Below, piece by piece: positions 1 to 12,425 of a DNA stretch of 64,000 nt (the stretch's first letter is position 1; each line of letters opens with the position of its first letter). Origin of the DNA: Callorhinchus milii (Eukaryota). Below the pieces are notes generated by a model that saw only the letters and a program-made list of their open reading frames with translations, was not told the origin of the DNA and did not search any database. A program made the position numbers and the translations under genes. The stretch is taken from the NCBI RefSeq assembly GCF_018977255.1, contig NW_024704742.1:86244001-86308000 (forward strand), given 5' to 3'.

Positions 1-416
1 TAGTATATTAGGAAAAGCAGACTAAACACGTTTTAGACTTGTTCTCCTATCACAAGATGTGTTGATTGTCTGTTAGCTCAAGAATTGATGTTTGTGTTGG
101 TATCTGTCAATTGCTAAACAACAAAATCCACAACCAATGATTCCGTCCTTGGATAAGGCAATAAACCAAAGTTTATCTGTTCAGATAATTTCCCATGATC
201 CCATGCCACTATTCGAAAAGATAAGGGAGTTTCTGCTGGTGTCCTGGCCAACAATACCCCAGATGAAATGGGTCATTCACTTCATAGCTGTTTATAGGAT
301 ATTGGCTGCTGTATTTACCTACAAAATAAACAGTCGCTTCACTTTATAGTAAATTCCATGAAGCATTTTTAGATATCCTCCCAATGTGAAAGTCACCACA
401 TCAAATGTAACTCGTG

Positions 417-601
417 AAGTTCTGTAGCATATTGGTTAGAGCACTCACCTCACAAGCAAGAGAACCCGTGTTCAAACAACAAACAACAACTTGCACTTAT
501 ATAACGCCCTCCACGCTTTACACTGTATTGTGTGAAGTGCTTTCAAACATTTTAAAGACATGATGAGGCACTATATCAAATGCAAAGTTTATTATTATTA
601 T
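417..601 (+). mobile_element. Rearranged young tRNA-SINE (head and tail, with an inverted L2-type tail in place of the body)
   Basis: Head tctgtagcatattggttagagcactcacctcacaagcaag; aacaacaacttgcacttatataacgccc (reverse L2 tail); SINE tail ctatatcaaatgcaaag(tta)n. Confidence 0.7.
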
Positions 602-3029
602 CCTCTAAAGTGTCTCTTGTCTAGGAATGGCACTGTGGAATAAGGCTGTTAGAGAAGTAGCTGTCTGGCAGTAACGAAACCTTCATTTTTATTGTGCTCA
701 TTTTTTCCTCCAGCAATGATGGTTTGACAGCTGGTTCAATGTAAGTGACCACCTGATGAATGAAAAGCTATATCTGGTTGCCTTTCACTTACAAAACTCA
801 CAATAAGCTACCTTTTGTCCTTCTTTCTACCCATTCTGCACCCCCACACATCAATTAAACATTGCGCCCTCTTGGCATTTCTGAGATAGAAACGTATAAA
901 ACCAACACAGCTGAAATAAAACATAACTCAGGATTGATAACTAAAATATCAAACTCATTATCCCGTAAGCTTTGCCAACACGTCTAAATGCTGCAAATAT
1001 ATGTGCAGTTTATAGCAGATATACACCTAGTGTACAGTATATTCTGTCTAGACGTGTGTCCACTGCTAGTACAATGTACCTCTCTGAGTACCTCAAATCA
1101 TGTAAAAAAACAGCTAACCTTTTTGTTTACTCTTGTGGAATTATTGTTATCAGGTCCAAAATGGCTTGGAATAAACAATGAAACTGTTTCAATGTCTCAC
1201 TGACTGGATTTTAACTAATTTCTTGGTGCTTTCCATTTCTACTGCCCTCCTCGCCCAGGACACTTCCTTGTCACATCTCATCCTGCTTCTGAATCTCTGT
1301 GGCCTTCCTCTGAGCTATTTTTTATCTCACTTATTCTGTTCATGTTCACTTTCCATTACCTGGACCTTTGATTCCTTAATCTCTGTGTGGGCCAGATATT
1401 TGTTTTAGCTTTGTCCTCTTCTCCAGCTCTCATTTATGTCTTTGCTGAGTGTCACTCTTGCTGTCTCTCCAACTCCTCCTTGAGCTGGCTTTGCTACATA
1501 ATGAAGTGGTTCCCAAGTAGGAAAAGACCATAAGGAGAGACAAAGCTAAGATGGAAACTCTGTACAGGGCAAATACCAAAAGGAAGAGTAATTAAAGCAG
1601 ACAGTTGCAGAGGCTGTATACCTGTATATACAGTGAATCTAAAAAGGGGTATGGGAAAAGGACAGATAAATGGGAATGAAAGGATACCTCTTTAAAAAAG
1701 CCAGCACAGACACAACAGGCCGAATGGCCTTCTTCTTGGCATTTCTATGGTCTGAGGGGACAATGCAATGGCATAGGCATGTGGTAGCTGGCCCAAACCA
1801 AGAGATACTGTATTGACATTTATTTATGGTTGTGGAAAAAGCAGCAATGTATATTTCATTGAATATATAAACTATTTCATAAGGGAACTGCACTAACATG
1901 AGCCGGCCACTTGGGAACTCCATCCATGTGTGCGAGGGAGTCCACTTCTCTTATGAAATAATCTCCGTGTTTGAGAATACCACTGTCTACTCCTTTATTG
2001 AACTCAATAACCATTTCTCCATCTTTCACTTTGTATATCAAAGAGCAATTTCGAACATTTTGTTCCCATTTTTCATTCAGGTTCACCAATTACAGTATGG
2101 TACATTGCCTTTTTATCCCCTAGTGCCTCAGCTTCTTACACAGCCTGATTAATAAATAGCCAGTAATTTGCAAATTGATAAATACATAGCACAGAATGAC
2201 AAAGGTAAGAGATATCTTACTTTAAGTAAAAGTAAGGTTAGACAGTGTTTCTTCACACGGAGAATTGTGAAAATGTGGAATTAACTGCCCTGGAAGGCTG
2301 CAGAATCAGAGGTAATTGGGGTGTTTAAACAGGATGGATACGTACTTGGGATTGATTGATAGATCTGCCATGATCTAACAGTCTGGTAGAACAGGATTAT
2401 TGGGCGCACTAGACTCTGGCTCTAGATTCTCCCACACTAGATGCCATGAACCTATCAACCCCATCTTCACTTGATCCTTGTCCTCACTTTTAAATCCCTC
2501 AACCTCCGACCCCACCTTACCTCTACAACCTTTTTAAACCCAACAAACCCACCCACTCCCTCCGCTCAGCAAGCAACGGCCTGAATCCCGTCCTCTGCCG
2601 TGCCTGCCCCACCATCGCGGATCGTAAATGTAATTTGTTGTTGTTGATTGTTCTCCTGCAAAAAAAAAGTGAAGATATACTTTGATTCAGTTACTATTAC
2701 AATTGATTGGTTTTAAACAGTTTTAGTCATGCTCCAGAATAAAATCTGCCTTTGCAAACCAGGTTAGGATTGACAGATCAATTTAGGAGTTTCTTAACCT
2801 CAGTCAGTGTTTGACCGTGCTAGTTGTCTTACTAGATAATGAAATATGTCTGCAAATCAGAAAAAAATCCCATTTCTACTTAGTTACCTTTCATTTGTAA
2901 TTGAATTTGAATGCTTAAGCTATGATTAAAAAGATTTGCATGATTACCATGGACTTCAAGAGAGCAAGGAGTCATTTCTAATATAAAAAAAGGGATTCAC
3001 TCTCCATCTTACAGAGTCAGTACAGTACA

Positions 3030-3737
3030 GAGTCTTGGTGTCTTGTTCGACTAGCAACTGCCTTTTAAATCCTACATCCATACCATTCTGACTTCCCCAA
3101 CCTCCACAACATTGCCTGCCTCTGCCACTACCTTATCTCTCAGGCAGCCGAGACCCTCAGCCGTGTATTTATCATGTCTTCATCAGACTTAATATTGTTA
3201 ACTCCTTGCTTGCCAGACTTCCCAAATCTTCCCTCCACTAGCTGCAGATTATTCAGAACTCTGCAGCTTGTGTCCTCTCCCACCCCAAACTCTGTGACCC
3301 TATCACCCTCATCCTCGCCTGGCTCCACTGGCTCCCCATCATCAGAGAATCAAGTTTAAGATCCTCGTCCTCCCTTTTAAAGCCTTCCGCGGTCTTGCTC
3401 CTCCCTACTTCTATGACCTACCAACCTCATACTTTACCAACCTGCCCACTCCTTCTGCCCGGTGGGCACTAGCCTGCTCCGTGTCCCCTGCCTGGCCCGC
3501 CCCACCATCGGTGGTCAGTCCTTCAGTCTTTCCGTCGCCACTCTCTGGAACTCCATCCACAAGTCCCTTCGCCTCGCCCCTTCCCTCACCTCTTTGACCG
3601 TGTCTTCAGTCACCCTCCCACCCCCACCCTCCTTCCCCCCCACTCCACTTGACTCCAGCTCAGGTGCAAGCCCTTGACTGTCCAGCGCCTTCGGATGTCT
3701 TGCCGACATGAAAGGTGCTATATAAATACAATTTGTT
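3030..3737 (+). mobile_element. L2-clade LINE 3' fragment (degenerate ORF2 end plus 3' tail)
   Basis: ctccactggctcccc (LHWLP), RPTIGGQSFS...LWNSI motifs, tail gaaaggtgctatataaat; boundaries approximate. Confidence 0.8.
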
Positions 3738-4149
3738 CTAAAAAGTGACCAAAAAATCGTGATAAATAATTACTTTATTTCTTCAAAGACCATGTTCAGT
3801 GCATAAAAATCAATAGTACAGACTTTGTTGTTACGTTCTTTTTAAATTAAATAAACGACTGTTTAAAAATAATACTGGAAAGATGACTTCCCTGTACATC
3901 TACACATTCACTACAACAAATAATGACATTTTCTATTACTTTCCTGAGTGTTTCAGCAGGCTTATTGATTGCAGCCGATTTTGATAAACTAGTGACTTCA
4001 AATAACCTCAGAAAAAGCTGGCAGGGCATCAGTGGAGTGGGAGGCACTGCTGGAGGAGGAGAACTTCGCTCACACCTCTCCCTCCACTCCCTACTCAACC
4101 CCCCCCCAGTCTGGCTTCCGCCCTTCCCACAGTAAAGAGCCAGCACTCG

Positions 4150-4745
4150 AGATTTGGGTATCATTCGCACATGTGGAAATTGACCCCATATCTGCAGATG
4201 ACATCACCAAGAGAGAGCACGTAGGGGAGGAAAAGAAGGGGGCCAAGGATAGAGCTTTGGGGTACCCCGCAGGTGACCCGGTGAAGATGGGAGGAAAAAT
4301 CACTTGCCGAGATGTTTTGCTGGCAGTTTATTAAGTAGGACTCGAACCATGCGAGTGCAGTCCCACTAAGATGGATGAGGGAGGAGAGGCAGAGGAGGAT
4401 GGTGTGGTCGACTGTGTCCAACGCTGTGGAGAGATCCAGGAGGACGAGGAGGCAGAGGGAGTCCTGGTCACGGAGAGAGAGGACATTGTTACTTTGAAGA
4501 GCGCTGTCTCTTTGCTGTGGGCAGGGTGGAAGCTGGACTGGGGGGGGTTTGAATAGGGAGTGGAGCGAGAGGTGTGAGCGAAGTTGGTTTCCAAAAACAG
4601 GAAGGCCAGGTTTGAGATGGGATGGTAGTGTGCGAGATTGAAGGGATTGAGAGTAGTTTTTTTAGGGAGGGGAGTGATGACGGCTGCTTTGAATAGGAGT
4701 GAGACTGAGCCTGAGGAGAGGTACTGTATCGTGTCTGCCAGCAGT
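4150..4745 (-). mobile_element. L2-clade LINE reverse transcriptase fragment
   Basis: Minus-strand frames give QSSFHPAHSKETAL, DTVDHTILL, GTALAWFESYL, GVPQSSILGPLLF; frameshifted. Confidence 0.85.
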
Positions 4746-5059
4746 AGGAGAGGAGTTTGATTTGCATGCTCAATGCTGTCAAAGATGAATTATATTTCAA
4801 CAGTTCATTCCTCTCCTCTCCGCCCCCCCATCCCCCCCATCCCTTTCCCACAACTAGAATGAACCTGTACATGATCTTCTGAAGAGTCCTGTTTCTTTGG
4901 GTCTAAACGGCACATTCTTCATAATACAGATTCAGTATGAAGTCTACACTGTCTGAGCACATCATGTTCAGAATCAAGCTGTTAAGGTGGACTCAAAGCT
5001 ATGGGGTTCATCAGGTTTCCCTAACTCTTCACCTTTTCAAATGGGCTGACACTGTTCGG

Positions 5060-5342
5060 CTGGCTCCTGCCTCTTGTCTGTCCTTTGTAACCTCTGCTCC
5101 ACCATTGGTGGCCGTGCCTTCAGCCACTACACCCCGAAACTCTGGAACTCTCTCACTCAATCCCTTCACCTTGCCCCCTCCCTCCCCACCTACAAATCCC
5201 GCCTAAAGACCTTCCTTTTTGATTGTGCTTACGGTCACCTCCCCACTCCCTCTCCCCCTGGCTCAGGGTCAGACTGCTGGGGTTAAGCACTCCCAGACAC
5301 TACCCCGCGTGAAGGGCGCTATATAAATATAAGTTGTTGTTT
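5060..5342 (+). mobile_element. L2 3' fragment
   Basis: TIGGRAFSHYTPKLWNSL...KSRLKTFLF; tail gtgaagggcgctatataaat...gttgtt. Confidence 0.82.
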
Positions 5343-5467
5343 AAGCCACATTTGGTTGAGAGCTGTTTGGAACATTTAAATGTGATTAAAGGATAATTCC
5401 ACCATTTAAGGTGGATTCCAGGTTAGTCCCCCTGAGTGAAACCACGTGACCCACTCTGGTCCCTTGA

Positions 5468-5674
<207 letters not shown>

Positions 5675-5917
5675 TGAGTTCTGTCACACCCGACGTACGA
5701 GGTGAAACCATGCGTTGTCTATGGCAGTGCAGCAGCTGTGCACACCACGGTGCTGAGTGTGCAAAGAGGTGACTTTCACAATAGAAAAGACACAGTTTCT
5801 GAGTCGCCTCCTCATGCTTCTCCAGGTCGCAAGAGGTTAGAATGTGGAACGTCCTCAGCCGATTTCATTTTATCCATCCTAAATAAAAACTCCACCATCC
5901 ACCATCCTCCCATGCGA

Positions 5918-6062
5918 GCATCAGCCTGACTCAGTTTGTAGCACTCTCGTCTCTGAGTCCGAAAGTTGCGGGTTCAAGCCCCAAGTCGGGACTTGGAACT
6001 CATTTAGTCTACATCGACACTTCAATGCAGTGCTGGGGATGTGCTGCATTGTTAGAAGTGAC
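5918..6062 (+). mobile_element. Older DeuSINE-type tRNA head (related heads at 18880-18990 -, 34375-34475 -, 45040-45147 -)
   Basis: cagcctgactcagtttgtagcactctcgtctctgagtccgaaagttgcgggttcaagccc with A/B-box pattern. Confidence 0.7.
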
Positions 6063-6454
6063 ATTTTGTGCCCACAGCTGTCTGTTCCCTATTCCTTTTT
6101 TCTTCTCTCCTATTGTGGAAGTGTTGGGGTCCTTTTCTCTTCTACTGGGTTACAGTTCCATGGGTGCCCTCCCATGCCTTGAGTATCAGCAGATGATCAA
6201 CCACAGGAGCATCCATAGCCTGATCCTGTCAACACTTGATGCCCACCTTCCAGTATATACTTCTGGAGAAGAATTTAGATGACAGTCCAGATTGATTTTT
6301 CTGCTCCCCAACTGTAGAGGCTAATTTTAAGTTCCCTCAACTACCTCCCTGGCTGAGAACATCTAACTTGGAACAGCCAGGAGGCCAGATGGTTTGCTAC
6401 AGCCTTTATCCATAAAGCTACCAGAGGAGTGTCTGTCACTGTGTATTTGGCTAC

Positions 6455-6786
6455 ATCCCTCAGAGGATAGAGTTCAAAATCCTCGTCCTCACCTTCAGGG
6501 CCCTCCATGGTCTTGCCCCTTCCTACCTCTGTGACTTGCTAACTCCTTATCAAATTGTCGCTCCCTCCATTAAGCATGTTCTGGCCTGCTCCACCTCCCT
6601 GCCCGGCCCGGCTCACCATCGGCAATCGGGCCTTCAGCCTCTCTGCCCTCATTCTTCTGAACTCCATCCCATCCTCCTATCCCTGCTCTCTACTCCTCCT
6701 GATTCCACCCCTGCCCGGGTCCCAATCCCTGACTCTCCTGTTCCTCGGGACATCCACCTGACGTGAAAGCCACTATACAAATGTAT
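6455..6786 (+). mobile_element. L2 3' fragment ending just upstream of the ~ex10 acceptor
   Basis: RIEFKILVLTF-like DNA, RLTIGNRAFS, tail gtgaaagccactatacaaatg. Confidence 0.75.
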
Positions 6787-6842
6787 TTTTTTACTGTCTT
6801 GTAATTCTAAAGGCATTTTCCTGTGTAACTTGTGTACTGCAG

Positions 6843-6966
6843 GGTAATCAATGAGTCCTTAAGAGACCAGCTACTTGTCACCATTCAAAAGACCTTCAAC
6901 TACAGCCGTACCCAAGCCCAGCATCTCTTCATCATTCTAATGGAGTGCATGAAAAAGAAGGAGCTG
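6843..6966 (+). CDS. TRPM3: TRPM3 exon (~ex10), 124 nt: [41 protein letters not shown]
   Basis: ctgcag| acceptor, |gtaagt donor; within ORF 6832..7026. Confidence 0.97.
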
Positions 6967-8051
6967 GTAAGTGAAGCTGCTGCCCTGAACTTGATGCTTT
7001 TGGGCAGTCAACTACAGTATGTATGACCCTTGTGCAAACAAATCAATATCTCACTCACGTTTCCTAAATCAGGTTTAAAAACAATTGTTTTATAAACTAC
7101 CGGATGAATTGTTTCTGATCAGCTGGGTGTCTGACACATGCCAAAACCCATCACCATGCTTAAAGGTATCCAAACCAAGCTGAGAATTCCACAGTACACA
7201 TGGAAATCCCAGAGGTAGATTTGTGCACTCTCTTCCTGGTGGGATGCTGAACTATAAGGCAATAAAATTTTTTACTTTCAATGGACGCATCGACTGGCTA
7301 ACTCAGAAATATCGCCTTACAGGCAGGAGAGCTTGAGATTTTCCTGCAGGCGAAATGGGCATTTTTTCCATCACAGTTCATTATTTCCTCTTGTAAGGGA
7401 AGTTTCAAAAAGTTTTACAAAGCAACCAAAAACAAGACCGACAGTTTATTTCAAGTTTTCTTATAGAAAAAAATGGACCCAGAAATAAAGCATCTTTTTA
7501 TTTTGCGAATAAAAAATGATTTAGTGGTCCTTATGACCACATCATTCTCCCTCCCCCAAAACCACAGCCAGGACTTCCAGTCAACCTTGCAAAGTGCTTG
7601 GAAACATATTTCCATCATGAAAGTCACTGTAGAAATATAAATTGTTGTTGATGTTATTCATCCTTCATCCTTACAACCCTCTCCTCAGCTTGCCAAGACA
7701 GGATCATGTGCTTCACTTGAATTAATTTGGTGAAACCCCAAGGTTTTCTTTCCTAATATATCCTGCCAATTATAACTCAGAAATTTCATTTAATTAATCC
7801 AAATTATGTAATTGCCTTCCAAATCTTCAATTCCATCTTTTTTTAAACTATAACTGTGAAGCTTGAGATCTTTAAATATGCATCTGCCTCCCAGTAATGG
7901 AACCCCAATATACCAGAATACAGCTCATTACTGGGTCATCATCAATCTTCCCACATAATGCTCATGCATATCCTTCAGAAGCAGCAGTCTATCCTTGCTG
8001 AATTCTTATTCGGTGTAGTTTCATTTTTCTCTCCAAAATATTTTCCAACTT

Positions 8052-8437
8052 CATAGTCTTGCCCCCTCCTACCTCTCTGACCTGCTGACTCACTACCAAC
8101 CTGCCCGCTCCCTCCGTTCAGCGGGCTTCAGCCTGCTCCATGTCTCCTACCCGACCTGCCCTACCATTGATGGCCAGGCTTTCACCCTCTCTGCCCCCAC
8201 ACTCTGGAATTCCATCCCACAGTCCCTTCACCTCGTTTCCTCCCTTGCCTCCTTCAAGGCCGGTCTCAAGACCCTCCTCTTCGATCGTGCCTTCGGTCGC
8301 CCTCCCACCTCTTTGCCTTCCCTCCCCCCTACCCCACCCCTCCCCCATGCTTGAGTCCTGAACCCTGACTGTCCAGCACCTTGGGTCATTCTCCCAACAT
8401 GAAAGGAGCTCTATAAATGTAATTTTGTTATTGTTGT
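8052..8437 (+). mobile_element. L2 3' fragment
   Basis: ctctggaattccatccc, ttcaaggccggtctcaagacc, tail gaaaggagctctataaatgtaattttgtt. Confidence 0.75.
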
Positions 8438-8489
8438 ACATTGTTATATTTTCTACCAATGTCATAACATTTGTTGTTTGCCTATAAAA

Positions 8490-8716
8490 CACAGTTACTC
8501 ACTCCACTTTACAATTCTATTAACATATCCTGTGAAGTGCTTTGGACCGTCCTCTTGATGTGAAAGGTTCTATAATAATAATAATCCTTACAATTGATAT
8601 AGTGCCTTATCATGTTGTTGAGACGCCTCAAAGCGCTTCACAGAGTATATTGGAAAGTGGATTGACTGTGTATTTTGTGGGCGAAACAAATATACCAAAT
8701 GCAAGGATTATTATTA
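8490..8716. mobile_element. Nested SINE tails: minus-strand fragment (8571-8690) inside a plus-strand tail
   Basis: Outer tail breaks at ...aggttctata and resumes tataccaaatgcaaggattattatt; TATA repeated at both junctions. Confidence 0.8.
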
Positions 8717-10977
8717 TCTGTTTGCACAAAAATCGATTGAGTCTGAGAATTATTTAAGGGATGGATATCCTAGTCACAGTTTTTGCTGTTGTTGTGATTT
8801 TACAATTACACTTGGTATGGGTTAGTAGTGAGCAGGGCCTGGTGCTTCCCCATGTAAGAGAAAGAACAGTGAGAAATAGGGAAGGGACTGTACGAAAAGG
8901 AGTTTTTTAAGAAAACGAGGTTGCTCTTTGCACATTGCAACCAGCTCCGTAGTGGCAGTGCCGAAGACCTGGGGGATTGTTTTGTGAGTGTATGGGCTGT
9001 GAAGATAATAATAGTAATCCTTGCATTTGATATAGCGCATTATCTTATCATCGAAACAACTCAAACCCTTCACAGGATATACTGTAAAGTGGTTTGACAG
9101 TGTCAATTGCCAATTGCACAGAGCAATGTCTGAGAGGGAGAGAAATCGAGAGGAAATGAAGAGGGAAAATAAGTTGATTCTTTTAAAGGTATATCGCTGC
9201 CTGAGGAAAAATATTTGTAAGCATGCAGTGCAGTGACATTAGTTGTGTCATCCATACAGTGTCACAAACATTATCATGGCACTTTTCATCAAGCCAGAGG
9301 AACAGTGAAATGAGTCAAAGCTTTTCTCTCCCTAAGAGGATGAGGAAGCACTTTTATGTATTACTGGGGAATAGAAGAGTGCGGGGAAAGAGGTTTCATA
9401 ACAGCATTTGCTGTCATGATGAGATTTGAATGCTGAACAACCAGAACTCAGCTGTCACTGTCTTTGCCAACTGTACTGTATCATAGAAAAATGTTTTGCA
9501 TAATGAATCTTGAAAGCTTCTTTTTTCTTCATCTGAAAGCAGATCACCACCACTAAGTAATTTATAGCATTCCTCCCATCCTCAAATCAGTTTCCCAATT
9601 TGCAGTGAACCGGCTTTCAAGGCTCATTGTTTTTCCATTATAGGATCAGTGCTGAGTACAGACAGCTAGTAAACTGAGCTGTAAAGTCTGAGTAGTTGGT
9701 GGCATAAACATGATCTTGTGGTGAACGGGGCAATATCTTACGGACTGGGAGCTAGCTGGTCTGTGATAGGCTGTGATGGGCTAAACTGGGGCTGCATGGA
9801 AAGTTGGCCCCAGCCTTCCCAGTGTCAGGGAGGGGAAAACCTTGACCAGGCCTCTTACTTTTGGTCCCTTTTCAGCGCCCATACTAGTGATATACATATA
9901 TGTGTGTGTGTGACAGCTGAGGATGGAGAGATCAGGCTGGACTGTGAGGTCCTCTACACTCATGCAAAGCCTCACACATGATCAATGCCCACTGAGGTGT
10001 TGGGGGTCTGGACAAAGGCATATACGAGTGTGTGAATATGTGGGGGGGGGGAACCAGGGAGAATTAGAAAAATAATTAGACATGCAGCTTTCAGGTCCAT
10101 TAGTGAGTTACCTCATGTTAGAAAGGGCAGAATAAAAGGCTACAACGTGATCTCAGTGCCCTGAGATAGGCAGAGGAGAATCAGTTAGTGTTCCAATTCC
10201 TGAGCGCTATGTAGTGATCCAATCCGGAAGGTGTGTACCAACATGGAATGAGGATAGGATCAGACAGTGATGCTCTCTGCTGTCGAGGAACCGGATGGCA
10301 CTTACTAGCAAGGCTCACACTGAATAGTGGACACTTAGTCGAGATATCCCAAGGGACCAGTGCCTCTTCACTGCAGCCCAGTAGGACTATCACTAGAGGA
10401 AAGGAGAAGGAAGAAAATAAATACCCAGCACAGCCACACAGTCTACCTCTTTAGGTGGATGTTAAAGCTCCCATGACACTATTTGCCCACAAATACACAG
10501 TCGGTCCACTTTACAGTATATCCTGTGAAGCATTTTAAGACATCTTACTCCCCAACTCACTCCCTGCTGCCTCTGCTTGACTGGCTCCGGCCTTCTTGGT
10601 GTCCCTCATACCCTCCGTTCCACTATGCACCGAAACTTTGAAACATTCTTCCTCTATTCCTCTGCCTTGCCCCCTCCTTCCCCATCTTTAGGTCGCACCA
10701 GAAGACCTTCCTCTTCGACCGTGCCTGCAGTCACCTTTCCCATTCCCCCTGGTTCAGCATTGAGCTCTACCACTGTTAAGCGCTCTGGGACCCCGCTGGA
10801 GTGGGGGGTGCTATATAAATGCTAGTTGTTATTTTTAGTCTTAAAATTTGCTCTAAAATCCTCAAAGTTTATTTTTACAACAAGTGTTTCATTTTTATCT
10901 ATGTGCTTTGTACAGTGCACCTTATGATTAAAATGCTGTGCTGGGGGTAGGAACTGAAGATGGTGGGAAGGGGAAAG

Positions 10978-11300
10978 ATGATGATAATAATAATAATAAT
11001 AATCCTTGCATTTGATATAGCGCTTTTCACGTCTTCTCGACGTCCCAAAGTGCTTCACAGAATATACTGTAAAGTGAATCGACTATATTTGTGGACGAAC
11101 GCGGCAGTCAATTGCGCACAACAGTGTCCCACAAACAGTTGTAGATTGAAAATGACCAATTTATTATTGTTTTTTTTTGGAGGGAATATTATTAGGCGTG
11201 AGAAGTAAGGAAACTTGCCCAAGGTTTCGCCCTGCCTGGAATTGAACTCAGGTCTCTCGCTTGCAAAGCGAGTGCTCTAACCACTGAGCTACAGGACTCC
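10978..11300 (-). mobile_element. Full-length young tRNA-SINE, short form
   Basis: Reverse complement starts GGAGTCCTGTAGCTCAGTGGTTAGAGCACTCG, has a Deu-type body and ends TATCAAATGCAAGGA(TTA)n. Confidence 0.9.
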
Positions 11301-11304
11301 TTGA

Positions 11305-11705
11305 TCAAAGCACGGTAAAGAGATATATCTTGAAACCAACCTTGAATAAAGTGAGAGGGAGCAAGTCGGAGGGACACAGCATTGGAGTTCCAATGGACAG
11401 GGGCAGAATAGTTGAAAGCTCACCTGTTGATGGTGGAACCGATAGGGTGGGGGACATGAAGCAGGCCGGTGTTCACTGAGTGAAGTGAGTGGCTGAGTTG
11501 GTAGGGTTTGAGGAGGTCACAGAGATAGGGTAGTGCAAGAACGTGGAAGGATTTGAAGGTGAGAACGAGGACCCTGAATTCGATCTGCTTGTGGATGGGG
11601 ACCCAATGGAGCCCAGCAAGGATGGGGTGATAGGCTCATGGAGCCTGGTGCGCGAAAGGACATGGGCTGCAGAGTTCTGGATAGTCTGCAGTTTATTGTG
11701 GGTAA
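11305..11705 (-). mobile_element. L2 ORF2 3' fragment
   Basis: Reverse strand matches the other L2 copies (KLQTIQNSAA, LHWVP, RIQGPRSHL-type DNA). Confidence 0.7.
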
Positions 11706-12036
11706 AAGCTTGCTATAAGCTATAAGAAAGCACCATCAAGTGTGCTTCTCCATCACCACACAGAAAACCTGTTCGCCGCACCCACTCTGTCTCCTAGAGG
11801 AAAGTGTATATACTTTCTGGACTGCAGAGTCATTTGAGCAAAGACTCTTTTCCACCCGCATCTTCACTATTCAAACCCTGGCCTCCTTAGACAAAGCTAT
11901 TGCCAAAACATCACCACTGCTGCCCATAGGAACACATCATCTTGCAGTCAATCAGCAATGGAGTCCTTCACAATGGTGAAAGAGTCCACATTGCTCTACA
12001 TCAGACAAGTGGTTATTGTAGGTTTCATACAATATA

Positions 12037-12425
12037 GAGTCCTGTCGTGTATTGGTTAGAGCACTTGCCTCACAAGCAAGAGGACTTAGGTTCAATTCCC
12101 GGGCAGGTCGAAATGTTCGTCAAATTTCCTTACTCCACACGCCTCTGTTTACCTAGCAGTAAGTGGGAACCAAGTAGTTAGTCGATTGGCGGATCGCTTT
12201 TCCAGAAGTAACAATCCCTTCAAGTAATTTTCAATTAAATTTGAAAAAATAAGAATAATTTGGTTACGCAATCCACGACTGTTTGTGGGACACTGCTGTG
12301 CGCAATTGGCTGCCGTGTTTCACCCAAAAATATAGTCAATTCACTTTACAGTATATTTTGTGAAGTGCTTTGAGATGTATTGAACACGTGATGTGGCACT
12401 ATATCAATGCAAGGATTATTATTAT
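12037..12425 (+). mobile_element. Young tRNA-SINE, long form
   Basis: Head, internal tctgtttacctagcagtaag...gattggcggatcgc segment, Deu-type body, (tta)n tail. Confidence 0.9.
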
